IMG/VR virus record: IMGVR_UViG_3300017991_000003
Location: 32,001 to 96,000 of that record
Strand: one strand, 5' to 3'
From: a virus
DNA length: 64,000 bases
Positions 1 through 10,232 of the stretch are shown here, in pieces; position 1 is the first letter of the stretch, and each line of letters opens with the position of its first letter. The notes under the pieces are model-generated. The model worked only from the letters and a program-made list of their open reading frames with translations, ran no database searches and had not been told where the DNA came from. Made by a program: the position numbers and the translations under genes.

Positions 1-1
1 C

Positions 2-1063
2 CTGTCGTACATCGACGACATCGAGCCGGACTCCCTGGCCATGCAGGTCAACTGGCGCGGCGAGCCCAGCAAGACCTACATCGAGGGCAAGCGCTACTCG
101 ATCGACATCAGCACCGTGTCCTCGGACCGGTTCCAGAAGTCGATCCAGGAGCTTCGCTCCTACCGGATGCCCATCATCCGCGTCATCGAGCAGAACACGG
201 TCAAGGACATCCACGAGATCCAGGACCGTTCCTTCATGCGTCACGTGCGCGTTGCCCTCATGCTGGGCACCCGCCGCCGCATGAACGAGCTCGTCGACCG
301 CAGCATCGTCACCCACACCGGTGACGACGGCGCGTCGACCGACGGCAAGAACTTCTACACGAAGTACGCCTTCGCGTCCTACCTGTTCACCCGCAACATC
401 GCCGACACCGTCGGCGGCGGTGGTCTGTCGGACGTCAGCCCGGCCGTCGAGTCTCCGAGCAACCACGCTTGGGGTCTGACCTCGACCTCGGACGCTACCT
501 ACAACCCGGCCAACGGTCAGTTCTCGAACATCGTGCTCTCCGAGGAGACCGAGTTCGGCCGAGCTGTCCTGCGTGATGCCATCCGCATCCAGTCGGCGCG
601 TGAGATGAAGGCTCGCTGCTTCCTGCTGCACGAGTTCGACTGGAACGCGACCGTGGGCTGGCTCGACAGCGAGGCCGGTCTGGAGGTCACCTCGGAGATC
701 GTCCGTGACGGGTACAAGTACTCGACCGTGGGCGGCTACACCTTCGTGACCACCGTCCGCGACAACCCGGACATCCTCCAGCCGGGTCAGATCTTCACCT
801 TCCCGAGCCCCGAGTTCATGGGCCGCTTCCTCCTTCTTGACGGGACCCAGTTCTACGTCAACAAGGAAGGCCGCTTCCTGAACATGGAGGCCTGGGAAGA
901 CGCCGGCATGGGCTTCGGTAACATCAAGGGCATCGGCCTCGTGCTGCTGTCTGGTGCCGAGATCACCCTGCCGACGATCTGGCAAACCGAGGGCGGCACC
1001 GACGTCGACGTGGCCAGCACCTTCCGTCTCGTCAACGACGTCTCGGACCCGGTCCCCGCCTAG
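2..1063 (+). CDS. Virion structural protein, 5-prime truncated by window edge (candidate major capsid protein)
   Basis: Frame is open from position 2 with no upstream stop, ending TAG 1061-1063; heads a same-strand block of structural-looking genes; product inferred from position only. Confidence 0.5.
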   Translation: MSYIDDIEPDSLAMQVNWRGEPSKTYIEGKRYSIDISTVSSDRFQKSIQELRSYRMPIIRVIEQNTVKDIHEIQDRSFMRHVRVALMLGTRRRMNELVDRSIVTHTGDDGASTDGKNFYTKYAFASYLFTRNIADTVGGGGLSDVSPAVESPSNHAWGLTSTSDATYNPANGQFSNIVLSEETEFGRAVLRDAIRIQSAREMKARCFLLHEFDWNATVGWLDSEAGLEVTSEIVRDGYKYSTVGGYTFVTTVRDNPDILQPGQIFTFPSPEFMGRFLLLDGTQFYVNKEGRFLNMEAWEDAGMGFGNIKGIGLVLLSGAEITLPTIWQTEGGTDVDVASTFRLVNDVSDPVPA

Positions 1064-1158
1064 GACTGATCGCCTAGCCGGTAACCCCGGCTGATCCAAC
1101 GGGGGCTCCGGTAGAGGAAACTCTCCCGGGGCCCCTTTCACCTCCCATCCGATTCATC

Positions 1159-1830
1159 ATGGTCGTCAAGAAAGTCACCTGGTTCGGCCGCGGCACGATG
1201 CGCGCGCTGGCCCTCCCCATGGGCCGTACGAAGGCCGTTCAACAATCCCTCCTGACTGGGGCGGTCCTCCGTCGCCACGGCCATCAGATGGTCATTCAGG
1301 ATGCCCGCACCGGTCTCGTCGAGCACCAAGGCTCCGAGATCCGTGACGCGCAAGTCCAGAGAATCCCCGGCTTCCGCGGATGGGCGGCCGGCGTCGAGCA
1401 CGGCGTCGCCCCTACTCCGAAGCCGGTACCTAAGCCGCGGCCTAAGCCCGCGCGTGTCCCTGATCCCGCCCCTGCTCCTGTGGCGGAGCCTGAGCCCGCC
1501 CCCGTGGTCGAGCCCGACCTGGTCGACGAGCGCGCTGAGGCGTTGCGTGAGATGGGCTACAACGATCTCCGAGCCAAAGCCAAGCGTCACGACGTCTCGG
1601 CCGGCGGAGGCCGCGATGCCATCATCGAGCGCCTTCTGGCTCTCGAGGGTGTCGACATCTTCTCCGAGACGGAGCCTGAGCCCGTCGAGCCCGAGCCGAC
1701 TCCCGAGGCTGAGGAGGAGGAAGAGCTCGAAGGCCTCGAGGAACCCGAAGAAGAGGCTGCTGACGAGGATGAAGACGACGAGGAAGAGGAAGACCTAGAA
1801 GGCATCCTCGACCCCCTCAACGATCTGTAG
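1159..1830 (+). CDS. Hypothetical protein with Pro-rich linker and polyacidic C-terminal tail
   Basis: 223-aa ORF; PKPVPKPRPKP linker followed by long Glu/Asp run; coding-like composition. Confidence 0.6.
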   Translation: MVVKKVTWFGRGTMRALALPMGRTKAVQQSLLTGAVLRRHGHQMVIQDARTGLVEHQGSEIRDAQVQRIPGFRGWAAGVEHGVAPTPKPVPKPRPKPARVPDPAPAPVAEPEPAPVVEPDLVDERAEALREMGYNDLRAKAKRHDVSAGGGRDAIIERLLALEGVDIFSETEPEPVEPEPTPEAEEEEELEGLEEPEEEAADEDEDDEEEEDLEGILDPLNDL

Positions 1831-1840
1831 GAGGCCCTAG

Positions 1841-2413
1841 GTGCCGGAAGATCCCACAAAGCTCCCAGGGGCGCCGAAGCAGGATGTCGGAGTCAACTCG
1901 GGCCGCCGAGTACTCGTGCCGAACTCCCTGATTCGGCAGCTCCGGTCGATGCTTGCGGACTACCCGGAGACTAACGAGGTCTTTGTAGGCGAGGAGAACT
2001 CCGATGAGAAGCTGGCGCGCTACATCGTGCTGGCCTTCGACGACTGGAACTCCATGCCCCCGCTCCTGCGCTACCAGCTGTCGCCCATCGACGTGGTAGC
2101 GGTCGAGAAGTTCTGGCCCTTCCGGCCCCTGCTCCTGACAGCCTCTCTTCTACACGTCCTTCAGAGCGTGATCATCAAGCTGGCGCGTAACGATGTCCCC
2201 TATCAGGCGGGCAACGTTACGCTCCAACGCAACGCCGTCTGGCGTGGGCTCACTGAGCTCCGCAATCAGATGGAGGCCAAGTATCAGCAGCAGGCACAGG
2301 CCGCTAAGGTCGGCCTCAATGTCAGTGGCTTCTACGGGGACGGCGGCTACCGCGCTTCCCTGACTGAGATGTACGAAGGCCTGGACGTAGACGCTATCAC
2401 GGTGGTTCTCTGA
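1841..2413 (+). CDS. Hypothetical protein
   Basis: GTG start at 1841 preceded by TAGGAGG Shine-Dalgarno at 1827-1833; stop overlaps next start. Confidence 0.6.
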   Translation: MPEDPTKLPGAPKQDVGVNSGRRVLVPNSLIRQLRSMLADYPETNEVFVGEENSDEKLARYIVLAFDDWNSMPPLLRYQLSPIDVVAVEKFWPFRPLLLTASLLHVLQSVIIKLARNDVPYQAGNVTLQRNAVWRGLTELRNQMEAKYQQQAQAAKVGLNVSGFYGDGGYRASLTEMYEGLDVDAITVVL

Positions 2414-2883
2414 TGAAGCACTTCGACGCCTTCCTCGAGGGGTTCCTCAAGCAAGCAGGCATCCAGGAGATCCTTCAGGATCAGCTGGCTGCCTCCAAGG
2501 CCGTCTCGGCCGGCTCAGGCCCCAAGAGACTCTTGGCTAGTCGGGAGCACGTCGACGACCGGTTGAGTCACGGGCTGTCCGGCGCGGCTAGTGTCGGTAT
2601 CCCGGCAACGGCTGCCGGCGCCTTGATCGGCGCAGGCCTCGCCATGCTCATGGACGGTGATCCCATGGCCGGCGCTGGTCTTGGTGCTGTCCTTCTCGGC
2701 TCGAGCGGCGCAGCGGTAGGCCAGGCGGCCGGCCAGCTGAAGGCTGACGAGCAGGCTCTCGAGCGCGCGGGGCTCGAGTCCAAGGTTCCGAACCCCGCAC
2801 GCTTCGCACTCCCTTATCCTGTAGCCAGCGTCTTGGCCGATCCGGGCCATGTCGCGGTGACCAAACGACCCCTCCCGGAATAG
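2413..2883 (+). CDS. Small glycine-zipper protein (paralog family member)
   Basis: ATG at 2413 overlaps upstream stop; GC3-rich codons checked by hand; Gly/Ala-rich GxxxG-like segment. Confidence 0.6.
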   Translation: MKHFDAFLEGFLKQAGIQEILQDQLAASKAVSAGSGPKRLLASREHVDDRLSHGLSGAASVGIPATAAGALIGAGLAMLMDGDPMAGAGLGAVLLGSSGAAVGQAAGQLKADEQALERAGLESKVPNPARFALPYPVASVLADPGHVAVTKRPLPE

Positions 2884-2887
2884 CCCA

Positions 2888-3319
2888 ATGAACGACAACA
2901 TCTACGACGCCCTGTACGGGGCCATCTGTGAGAGCCTGGCCAAGCACGCCGAGGCCATGGAAGCCGCTCCCGCTCCGAAGAAGCAGAAGGACGAGCAGCG
3001 CGCCGCGGTCAAGACCCTAGCGGCTGGCGGTGCGGGTGTCGGTACGTACATGGCCAGCCGCTCTGGTAATCTCAAGCAGACCCAGACCCTGGGCTCTCGA
3101 CTCAGCCGCGGCAGCGCCAAGATTCGCCGCGGGGCTGAGACCCTGAAGGCGGGTTACGAAGGCCGTGCTCCCCAGCTCAAGACAGTGCCGCGTAAGCGGA
3201 TGAAGGCCGTTGGTCGCATGCGGGCGGGTGCTCGCGGCGTCGGCGCCGGTCTCGCCGCTGGCTACCTGGTCGGCAAAGGCTACGACGCCGTCAAGGGCGG
3301 TAAGAAGCAAGAGAGCTAG
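2888..3319 (+). CDS. Small basic glycine-zipper protein (paralog family member)
   Basis: 143-aa ORF, Lys/Arg-rich with C-terminal GAxGVGAGLAAG segment; 5-nt spacing from upstream gene. Confidence 0.55.
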   Translation: MNDNIYDALYGAICESLAKHAEAMEAAPAPKKQKDEQRAAVKTLAAGGAGVGTYMASRSGNLKQTQTLGSRLSRGSAKIRRGAETLKAGYEGRAPQLKTVPRKRMKAVGRMRAGARGVGAGLAAGYLVGKGYDAVKGGKKQES

Positions 3320-3322
3320 CGA

Positions 3323-3781
3323 ATGCGCGAGGCCCTCATCCAGGGCCTGGTCGAGAAGCTGGCCAAGCTGACACGCGAGCAAGACCGGGCACTCCGACGA
3401 GCAGAGCAGGGTGAACAGACCCTCGCTCTGCGCGCCGGTCAGGCCGTGGGCGCTGCCGGCGGTGTAAGAGCTGCTAAGCCCATGGCCCAGAAGGCTGAGG
3501 TCTTGCTGAGGGCCAAGGGGCCGAAGACGGGTCGGACAAAGCTCAAAGGGGCTTACCACGCCGCCAAGGCCCTGGGTCTTGTGGCGGGTACCACCACGGG
3601 CTCGGGCATCGCCGCTAAGCGCGCAACAAAGAAGATTCAGGAATACAAGCGGCGCAAGCTGCAAGGGGTCAAAGGCCCGACGGTCGGTGAGCGGGCGCAC
3701 GCGGTCGCGGAGCAGGCCAAGAAGGAGACGGGTGAGGTCGCCCGGATCCCCGTCGAGTACAAGAACGTTCGGGGGAGCTGA
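3323..3781 (+). CDS. Small basic glycine-zipper protein (paralog family member)
   Basis: 152-aa ORF; basic, Gly/Ala-rich central segment; tightly packed with neighbours. Confidence 0.55.
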   Translation: MREALIQGLVEKLAKLTREQDRALRRAEQGEQTLALRAGQAVGAAGGVRAAKPMAQKAEVLLRAKGPKTGRTKLKGAYHAAKALGLVAGTTTGSGIAAKRATKKIQEYKRRKLQGVKGPTVGERAHAVAEQAKKETGEVARIPVEYKNVRGS

Positions 3782-4674
3782 TGGCTGAGACGCCGGCGAG
3801 ACTCGTCGAAGTCCACGTCTTCCAGCAGACCTCCGATGCACAGGTGGTCGGCTGGACTTACGTGCCGGTAGGGGGCGCGCCTACCAGCGGAGCCACGGTC
3901 AAGGTCGAGCGCTCCTATGTGGAGCACGAGGGCTTCGAGGTCTTGGACGCGGCTGTGACGGCTTCCCAAGGGTTCTACAAGGACACCTCGGTCAACCTCC
4001 ACGACCAGTGGCGGCGGGTCTACTACAGGCTGACACTGGACGACGGTGTCAATGATCCGAAGGTCATTGGCACCTACTGGATGGAGAACGAACTACCGGG
4101 CCCGGCTCGGGGGTTCATTCGCAACACCGAAACCCTCCTCCGGCTCGGCGGTGTGCCCATCCTGATCATGCAGCGGGTCTTCGATACGAGCTCCCGCTGT
4201 ACGAGCTGCTGGGATCCGGTCATGGGGATGACGACGAGCTCGAGCTGCACCGAATGCTTCAACACCGGCTACACGGGCGGCTACCACTCGGCGATCCTGA
4301 CCCTAGGCCAGCTCCAGCCGGCTGCCAAGCAATCCGACCCCTCGGACACACTGCGCCAATCCCGGAACACGGCCATCCTGATCGCCAACTACCCGATCCT
4401 GCGGCCCCGGGACCTGATCATCGAGCTCAACAAGGGCCGGCGGTACCGTGTAGGGGGTATCTCCACGGCCGAGTATGGCCGGGCCCTGATCAACCAGACC
4501 GCGGCTCTGGTGGCCCTGAACCCCTCCGACGTAGAGCATCAGGTCGACCATCCCGACCCTTCGACGCTTGAGCCGCTCTTCCACCGGGTGGGTCCCGTGG
4601 AGCATAGGTTGATCCTGACCGACAACATCCAGAGCCCTGCGGTGGATCCGACCATCACTTCCAACGTTGTCTGA
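3781..4674 (+). CDS. Hypothetical structural protein with four-Cys cluster
   Basis: 297-aa ORF; CTSC...CTEC motif; ATG overlaps upstream stop. Confidence 0.6.
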   Translation: MAETPARLVEVHVFQQTSDAQVVGWTYVPVGGAPTSGATVKVERSYVEHEGFEVLDAAVTASQGFYKDTSVNLHDQWRRVYYRLTLDDGVNDPKVIGTYWMENELPGPARGFIRNTETLLRLGGVPILIMQRVFDTSSRCTSCWDPVMGMTTSSSCTECFNTGYTGGYHSAILTLGQLQPAAKQSDPSDTLRQSRNTAILIANYPILRPRDLIIELNKGRRYRVGGISTAEYGRALINQTAALVALNPSDVEHQVDHPDPSTLEPLFHRVGPVEHRLILTDNIQSPAVDPTITSNVV

Positions 4675-4715
4675 TGCTGGTAGCCGACGCTCCTAACCGT
4701 AAGCTATAGCTGAAC

Positions 4716-5612
4716 ATGGGTCCATCCGAACACCGGCTGCTTGAGGGCATGCGCCAGGCACTCTGCCAGGAGGGGCGGGGTCTGGTCGAGCCTATGGAGA
4801 AGGACGCGGGGACGGAGCTCTCCTTCGGCCGACGCCAGGGGTTCCTGGATGAGGAGCAACCAACACTTCGGGCGGCTACTCGAGGTGCCGCGATTGGCGG
4901 GTCCATCGGGGCCTTGGCCTCGACCGCGGCGACGCTGAGCAAGAAAAACCCGTACAAGCCTAAAACACAACAGGCTCGGGCTACGGGCGCCATGTTGGGC
5001 GCGCCTGTGGGTGCCTTGATCGGCGGGAGTATGGGCTCGGCGGCCCAGCGTCGCAAGAAGATGACGGCTAGAGATAAGCGGATCTTCGATCAAGCCACGA
5101 TAGCTGGAGCGGTGCTAGGTGCCGGGGGCATGATCAAGCGCACAGGCTCCCCGACCAAGGCCCTGCTAGGCGCGGGCCTAGGCGCCGCTGCCGGCGCGTC
5201 TCTATCAGCCACAGGCATGCACGCGGCCCGTATGGGCGGCCGAGCGGCAACGAAGCGACCTAAGGAGTCGGGCCCGTCGCTGGGCCCTGTGGGTAAGACT
5301 CTCGGCCTGGCCGCCACGGGCGCCGGCGCGGGTACTTACCTGGCTGGCCGGCTGGCAGCCCGTAAGGTCCCCGGCGCGGGTGCCACCCAGCAGGGGGCGA
5401 TCAACCAGCTGTTCTCGCGTAAGCAGATGCAGCTGGCCAAGCAGCAGATCCGAGGCGCGCGCCTCAAGGTAAAAGCACAAGCTCCCAAGCACTTTCGCTC
5501 TATGGAGCGCAAGGGCGGGGGTATCGGAGCAGCGGTTGGCGCGGGCTTGGCGTTGGGCCTGCTAGCCGCGGAATCACGGCGACGCAAGAACCGGAAACAG
5601 ACTTCCCAATGA
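4716..5612 (+). CDS. Gly/Ala-rich basic protein (glycine-zipper paralog)
   Basis: 298-aa ORF with repeated GAxxGAxxG segments and basic residues. Confidence 0.55.
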   Translation: MGPSEHRLLEGMRQALCQEGRGLVEPMEKDAGTELSFGRRQGFLDEEQPTLRAATRGAAIGGSIGALASTAATLSKKNPYKPKTQQARATGAMLGAPVGALIGGSMGSAAQRRKKMTARDKRIFDQATIAGAVLGAGGMIKRTGSPTKALLGAGLGAAAGASLSATGMHAARMGGRAATKRPKESGPSLGPVGKTLGLAATGAGAGTYLAGRLAARKVPGAGATQQGAINQLFSRKQMQLAKQQIRGARLKVKAQAPKHFRSMERKGGGIGAAVGAGLALGLLAAESRRRKNRKQTSQ

Positions 5613-6112
5613 ACACGAACGAGACGACCCAGAGCCTGGAGCTCGACCTCATGCAGAAGATCGCCACGATCATGCACGAGGACGACGCTGTGACGGTGGC
5701 TGATCATGACCCCTTCCTGTCCCTGAGCGATGGTCTCGGCGCCCACGTCGAGCCTGAGGAGGAGACCAAGGAAGCCGAGGCCCAAGAGGAGCTCGAGGAC
5801 GTGGAGGAGCCTAAGACGGCTCTGGCCAGTATGTCCATGGCTCAGGTCTTCCACGCGCCTGAGTTCCGCGAGGGCGTCCAAGAGGCCCTGGCGGCTCGCG
5901 CTGAGGAGATCAGCGAGGCTGTGACCAAGGTGGCGAAGACGAGCTGGTACTCGAAGCACGTCACCGGTCTCGGCAAGAAGTCGAAGACCATGCGGGAGCG
6001 TGCGAGCGACTGGGTCGGCAAGAACAAGGGCAAAGCCCTGGCTGGCGCTGCCGTCGGTGGCGGCATCGTCGGTGCCGGCGTCGCCAAGGGCTCGAAGGAT
6101 CCCTACGCCTGA
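5609..6112 (+). CDS. Hypothetical protein with acidic N-terminal half and C-terminal glycine zipper
   Basis: 167-aa ORF; ATGA overlap with upstream gene; C-terminal AGAAVGGGIVGAGVAKG. Confidence 0.55.
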   Translation: MNTNETTQSLELDLMQKIATIMHEDDAVTVADHDPFLSLSDGLGAHVEPEEETKEAEAQEELEDVEEPKTALASMSMAQVFHAPEFREGVQEALAARAEEISEAVTKVAKTSWYSKHVTGLGKKSKTMRERASDWVGKNKGKALAGAAVGGGIVGAGVAKGSKDPYA

Positions 6113-6125
6113 GACTAGGTGACCG

Positions 6126-6947
6126 GTGACTTCGCTAGGCGCTCCCGACTTCGGGGACCTGGATACCCAGGTCTTCAACCCGATGATCTACCCCAGGCGG
6201 GTGATCATCGAGGTACTTCGGAACGTCTTCGCGCAAGCCATCTTCACCGAGTTTCCCGGTCAGACGACCAACCCGTTCCTCTTCGTCACCGACGGAGATG
6301 GGGCGATCGACACGTCCAGCAAGCTGGTTATCGCCGACACGTTCAGCGACGAGCTCAGCCGCACGGACATGAGGCCCACGATCCTCGTGGGTCGAGGAGC
6401 CTTCCGGTTCAACGATCTAGCTGTCGACGGGCAGGGGTTTGGCGGGGCAGCGCCCAGCCTACTCCACGCCCCCGACGGCGAGACCGCGGTCAAGCACCTC
6501 GGTCTTGGTGGTTCGACCAAGAAGGTATTTCAGGACATGACCACCATGTCCATCGCCATCAACTGCTACGCACGTCGCAGCCAGGAGGCGGAGTCGTTGG
6601 CCTGGCACACAGCCGGGTTCATCCGCTTCTACGAGTACGAGCTCAAGCAAGGTTCGATGATCAGCAAGATCGAGAGCCCGCTTGTCGGCGACGTAGCCCC
6701 CGCCAACACCGACTCCCAGCACGATCTGTACCTGGTGCCCATTACACTGGAAGTGCACCAGTCCATCACCTGGGTCAAATCCAACGCAGCCACGGTTGCC
6801 CAGATCCTTGCCGGACTGAACCGCCCCTCGGGCAGTCAGTTCCCGCAGTACTACGGATCGCCAGCGACAGTGACCGCCAAGCCCGCGCCGATCTTCGACA
6901 GCCCCAGTCTGTTGGATCGCTGGTTCAACCTATCCCCGTCGCCCTGA
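6126..6947 (+). CDS. Hypothetical structural protein
   Basis: GTG start at 6126 preceded by AGGTGA at 6116-6121; 273 aa with ordinary composition; preferred over the Arg-rich overlapping frame 6119-6952. Confidence 0.6.
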   Translation: MTSLGAPDFGDLDTQVFNPMIYPRRVIIEVLRNVFAQAIFTEFPGQTTNPFLFVTDGDGAIDTSSKLVIADTFSDELSRTDMRPTILVGRGAFRFNDLAVDGQGFGGAAPSLLHAPDGETAVKHLGLGGSTKKVFQDMTTMSIAINCYARRSQEAESLAWHTAGFIRFYEYELKQGSMISKIESPLVGDVAPANTDSQHDLYLVPITLEVHQSITWVKSNAATVAQILAGLNRPSGSQFPQYYGSPATVTAKPAPIFDSPSLLDRWFNLSPSP

Positions 6948-6956
6948 TCTAAGACC

Positions 6957-9900
6957 ATGGCCCTCGAAAATCTCCGTCCCGATCTCAAGATCGAGCAGAA
7001 GTTCGTGACGGCGGCGCCGCTGGTGCCCGCGTCCTCGCTGCCCGTGGTGCTAGTCGGGCTCAACCGCGACCTTCGCTATCGGCAGCTGACCGACATTAGC
7101 GCCTGGAACGGCGGCGCCTCGGTCTCTGATGTTGACTTCCCCGGTTGGCTTGGCGGTGCCGTTGAGGACACGGACCAGACCGATACGTACCTGCGGCCTG
7201 TCGTCGAGGTCTACCACGACACCTACGGGTGGGCGGCCATCACGGACGACGTGACCTTCAAGAACATGGCGACCGCCCCGGCGATGGACATCGCCTCGGG
7301 TGTCGACGCGGTGTTCGAGGTCGCATCTGGCACGACCGGAGCCTTCGCTGTGGACACCAGCGCCCCGGCGGCTAGTGCCTTTACCGACGCCAACGCGGAC
7401 TTCATCGATGACCAGGTGGCAGCTGGGGACGTCATCAAGGTCGATGGGATCGCCACCTACGAGGTCAACTCTCTAGGCCTTGTGAGCGACACCGAGCTCG
7501 AGGTGCGCCGCATGGACAAGGGTCCCGGCACGGCGGGGGCGGCCGAAGCGGCCAAGATCTTCGTCAGCGCGGAGGACACCAACGACGTTCGCACCCTCTA
7601 CAACACCTCGACGGGGTTCACCGCTGCGGGCGGCTTCACCTCCTCGGGTGTGGCTGTGGGCGATCTGGTCCGCCTAGATCACTGGAACATCGTCAGCCAG
7701 GGCTCAGGCATCACCTTCGAGGCGGTGGGCGCGGATACCACGACTGCGAACAACGCCGGCGACACCGCGAGCGCGACCGAGCGCGTCGTGACGCTGCCGA
7801 CCGCTGACGCGCTTACGGCCTGGGACAACACCACTTACACCGGTGGTGTCTTCTTCACGGCCAACGCAGACGGCGACCTGATGCCGGCTTTCTACCTGAG
7901 CCACGCTGTGGCGGGCCCTGAGACTGTGGCCATCGCCACCGACTACGGCTCCAACCACCTGGTGGATACTGAAGACGCGGACTTCGGTGTGAAGTTCCAG
8001 TTGTTCGACTACGTCTATCGCACGGCCAGCGCCAGCACCACGGGTGCTTTCACCGCTGAGAACGCTGACGGCTATCGGACCTTCACCGACTCCTCGGTCA
8101 CGACCTTCAACGGCAGCCCGACTACTGTTCAGCTCGGCGATCACATCGCTATCAAGGACGAGGATGGGATCTACCGCCCGGTCTTCCAGGTCATCGGCTT
8201 TGGTGACGCGGGTAGCCCGGCCAGCGAGAGCCCGGATACGGACGCCACTCTGGCGGTCCAGCAGTTCGGTGACATCCTCGGCTCGGCGGTCTTTGCCTCC
8301 AACGTCGACTATGTGATCCTCGGAGCCGAGGTCGAGCAGGAGTACCTGGGCGCGACCATCTCGGCCGAGAACGCCGACGCCTACGGTGCTACGACCCGCC
8401 TGCTTGAGGCGACCGGTGAGGACTTCAACGCCGATGGCGTGACCGCTGGCGATCTGGTCTTCAGCGACTCTGGCACCCTGATGTTCATCGTGGTGCAGGT
8501 GGGTGACACCGTGAGCCCGCTGACCTACGACACCCTCGTGGTCGTGGATCACCCCAACGCCGGTACTACTCTCGGGACGACCGATACGATCGCTGAGTTC
8601 GGCTACAGCGTCCGCACCTCGGCTCGCTCTGACTTCCAAGTCAAGCGAGTGGTCGACGCGGACACGCTCGAGATCACCGCGCTCTCGACGACCCCGAACG
8701 TGATTCCGGGGACTCGCTCGATCCGCGGCGCTATCTACTTCCAGACGGCTCCCAGCATTGCGGCCAGCCCCGACGAGCTAGGTACCAACCCCGTGCTGGT
8801 GACTGCTGGCGACTCCGACAGCGCCATCAACTACACCATCGAGAAGACCCTGAGCGGGGCCTCTCTCGAGGGCGATGTCTATGTCACCTACGCGGAGATC
8901 CTGAACACGAACAGCGCTTCGCTGCTCAGCTTCAACTCCTCGACCGTCACGGACGTTCTGGGCGACGCGGTCCCGGGTAACCCGCTGGGTCTGGCTGGCG
9001 CCATCGCTGCCCAGAACACCGATGCGACCATGTACGCGATCCAGGTGACCGCGGACACCTCGGCTGCGTGGCAGACGGCTCTCGAGGTCGCCAAGACCGA
9101 CACGGTCTACAGCCTCGTGCCGCTGACCCAGAACGACACGTACCTGACGCTCTTCCAGAGCCACGTGACCACGCAGAGCCTGCCCGACAACAAGCGTGAG
9201 CGGATCCTCTGGCAGTCCAAGTGGTTCAAGACCCAAGTCGACCGCACGTCCTATGACTCCTCGGTGGACACGTCCAACGCCACGGTCAGCCGATCGGCGC
9301 TCGGTGTTCAGACCCTGACGGTCTACAAGGACGTCGTGGCCCTTGGGGTCATCATCGGTGACGAGGTCACCATGACGACCTTCAACGGCACTTCCGAGGT
9401 CTCGGTCTCCGGCCGGATCACGGACATCGACAACACGACGCCGGCCCAACCGGTCCTGACGATGGTGGCGGACGGCAACGTCCCGCTCTCGACCACGGAT
9501 CTGACGGTTCTGACCTACGACATCAAGTCGAAGAGTCTGTCTCAGACGGAGCTGGCCACGTCGGTCACGACCTACCTCACGGCCCTCAGCGAGCGCCGCG
9601 TCCGCAACATCTTCCCCAGCCGCTATCAGGTGACCTTCACCGACACGACGGGGATCTACGACTCGGGCCTCGGCGATGTCGAGGATTACGAGGTCGGTGG
9701 TGAGTACGTCGGAGCCATCATGGCAGCGCTGCGTCAGGCTCGCGGGCCGGCCCAGCCGCTGACCAAGGTTGCCGGCTCGGGTATCCAGCTCGTGATCGAC
9801 CCCTTCAGCGACTCGGTGACTCTGCAAGACCAGATCATCGATGGCGGCGGCTTCTACATCGAGCAGCCGGCTGGTGAAGGCGGTTCGGTCCAGGCGATCC

Positions 9901-10214
9901 GCGCCCTGACCACGGACGTTACGACCCTGACCTTCGCCGAAGAGTCGGTGACGAGCCAGGCTGACAACTTCGCCCGGAAGCTCCGCGGCGCTTTGAAGCC
10001 TATCCTCGGTCCCTACATCCTGGATGAGGGCTTCTACACGCTGGTCAGCACCATCGCCTCCGGCGTGGTCAACAGCGTGGTTCCCGACGAACTGAAGGAC
10101 GCCCTGCTCCTCTCGATCACCGAAGACGAGACCGCGGCCGACAGCTTCATCATGGAGTACAAGATCGACGTCTGGTTCTCCGGTGCCCGCGGCACGATCA
10201 CCATCTACATCTAG
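6957..10214 (+). CDS. Large beta-rich virion structural protein (candidate tail sheath)
   Basis: 1085-aa ORF, Thr/Ser/Asp/Gly-rich with repeated small GD-x-V beta-like segments; followed by a tube-sized gene; product by context only. Confidence 0.6.
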   Translation: MALENLRPDLKIEQKFVTAAPLVPASSLPVVLVGLNRDLRYRQLTDISAWNGGASVSDVDFPGWLGGAVEDTDQTDTYLRPVVEVYHDTYGWAAITDDVTFKNMATAPAMDIASGVDAVFEVASGTTGAFAVDTSAPAASAFTDANADFIDDQVAAGDVIKVDGIATYEVNSLGLVSDTELEVRRMDKGPGTAGAAEAAKIFVSAEDTNDVRTLYNTSTGFTAAGGFTSSGVAVGDLVRLDHWNIVSQGSGITFEAVGADTTTANNAGDTASATERVVTLPTADALTAWDNTTYTGGVFFTANADGDLMPAFYLSHAVAGPETVAIATDYGSNHLVDTEDADFGVKFQLFDYVYRTASASTTGAFTAENADGYRTFTDSSVTTFNGSPTTVQLGDHIAIKDEDGIYRPVFQVIGFGDAGSPASESPDTDATLAVQQFGDILGSAVFASNVDYVILGAEVEQEYLGATISAENADAYGATTRLLEATGEDFNADGVTAGDLVFSDSGTLMFIVVQVGDTVSPLTYDTLVVVDHPNAGTTLGTTDTIAEFGYSVRTSARSDFQVKRVVDADTLEITALSTTPNVIPGTRSIRGAIYFQTAPSIAASPDELGTNPVLVTAGDSDSAINYTIEKTLSGASLEGDVYVTYAEILNTNSASLLSFNSSTVTDVLGDAVPGNPLGLAGAIAAQNTDATMYAIQVTADTSAAWQTALEVAKTDTVYSLVPLTQNDTYLTLFQSHVTTQSLPDNKRERILWQSKWFKTQVDRTSYDSSVDTSNATVSRSALGVQTLTVYKDVVALGVIIGDEVTMTTFNGTSEVSVSGRITDIDNTTPAQPVLTMVADGNVPLSTTDLTVLTYDIKSKSLSQTELATSVTTYLTALSERRVRNIFPSRYQVTFTDTTGIYDSGLGDVEDYEVGGEYVGAIMAALRQARGPAQPLTKVAGSGIQLVIDPFSDSVTLQDQIIDGGGFYIEQPAGEGGSVQAIRALTTDVTTLTFAEESVTSQADNFARKLRGALKPILGPYILDEGFYTLVSTIASGVVNSVVPDELKDALLLSITEDETAADSFIMEYKIDVWFSGARGTITIYI

Positions 10215-10232
10215 TCCCGACGGACCTGAAAC

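Noticed and set aside
6119-6952. Alternative plus-strand frame (277 aa) overlapping the 6126-6947 gene
   Set aside because: Translation is Arg/Pro/His-rich nonsense; the 6126 frame has normal composition and an AGGTGA ribosome-binding site
7704-8639. 311-aa antisense ORF inside the same structural gene
   Set aside because: Same junk-like composition; overlaps a much better sense-strand gene
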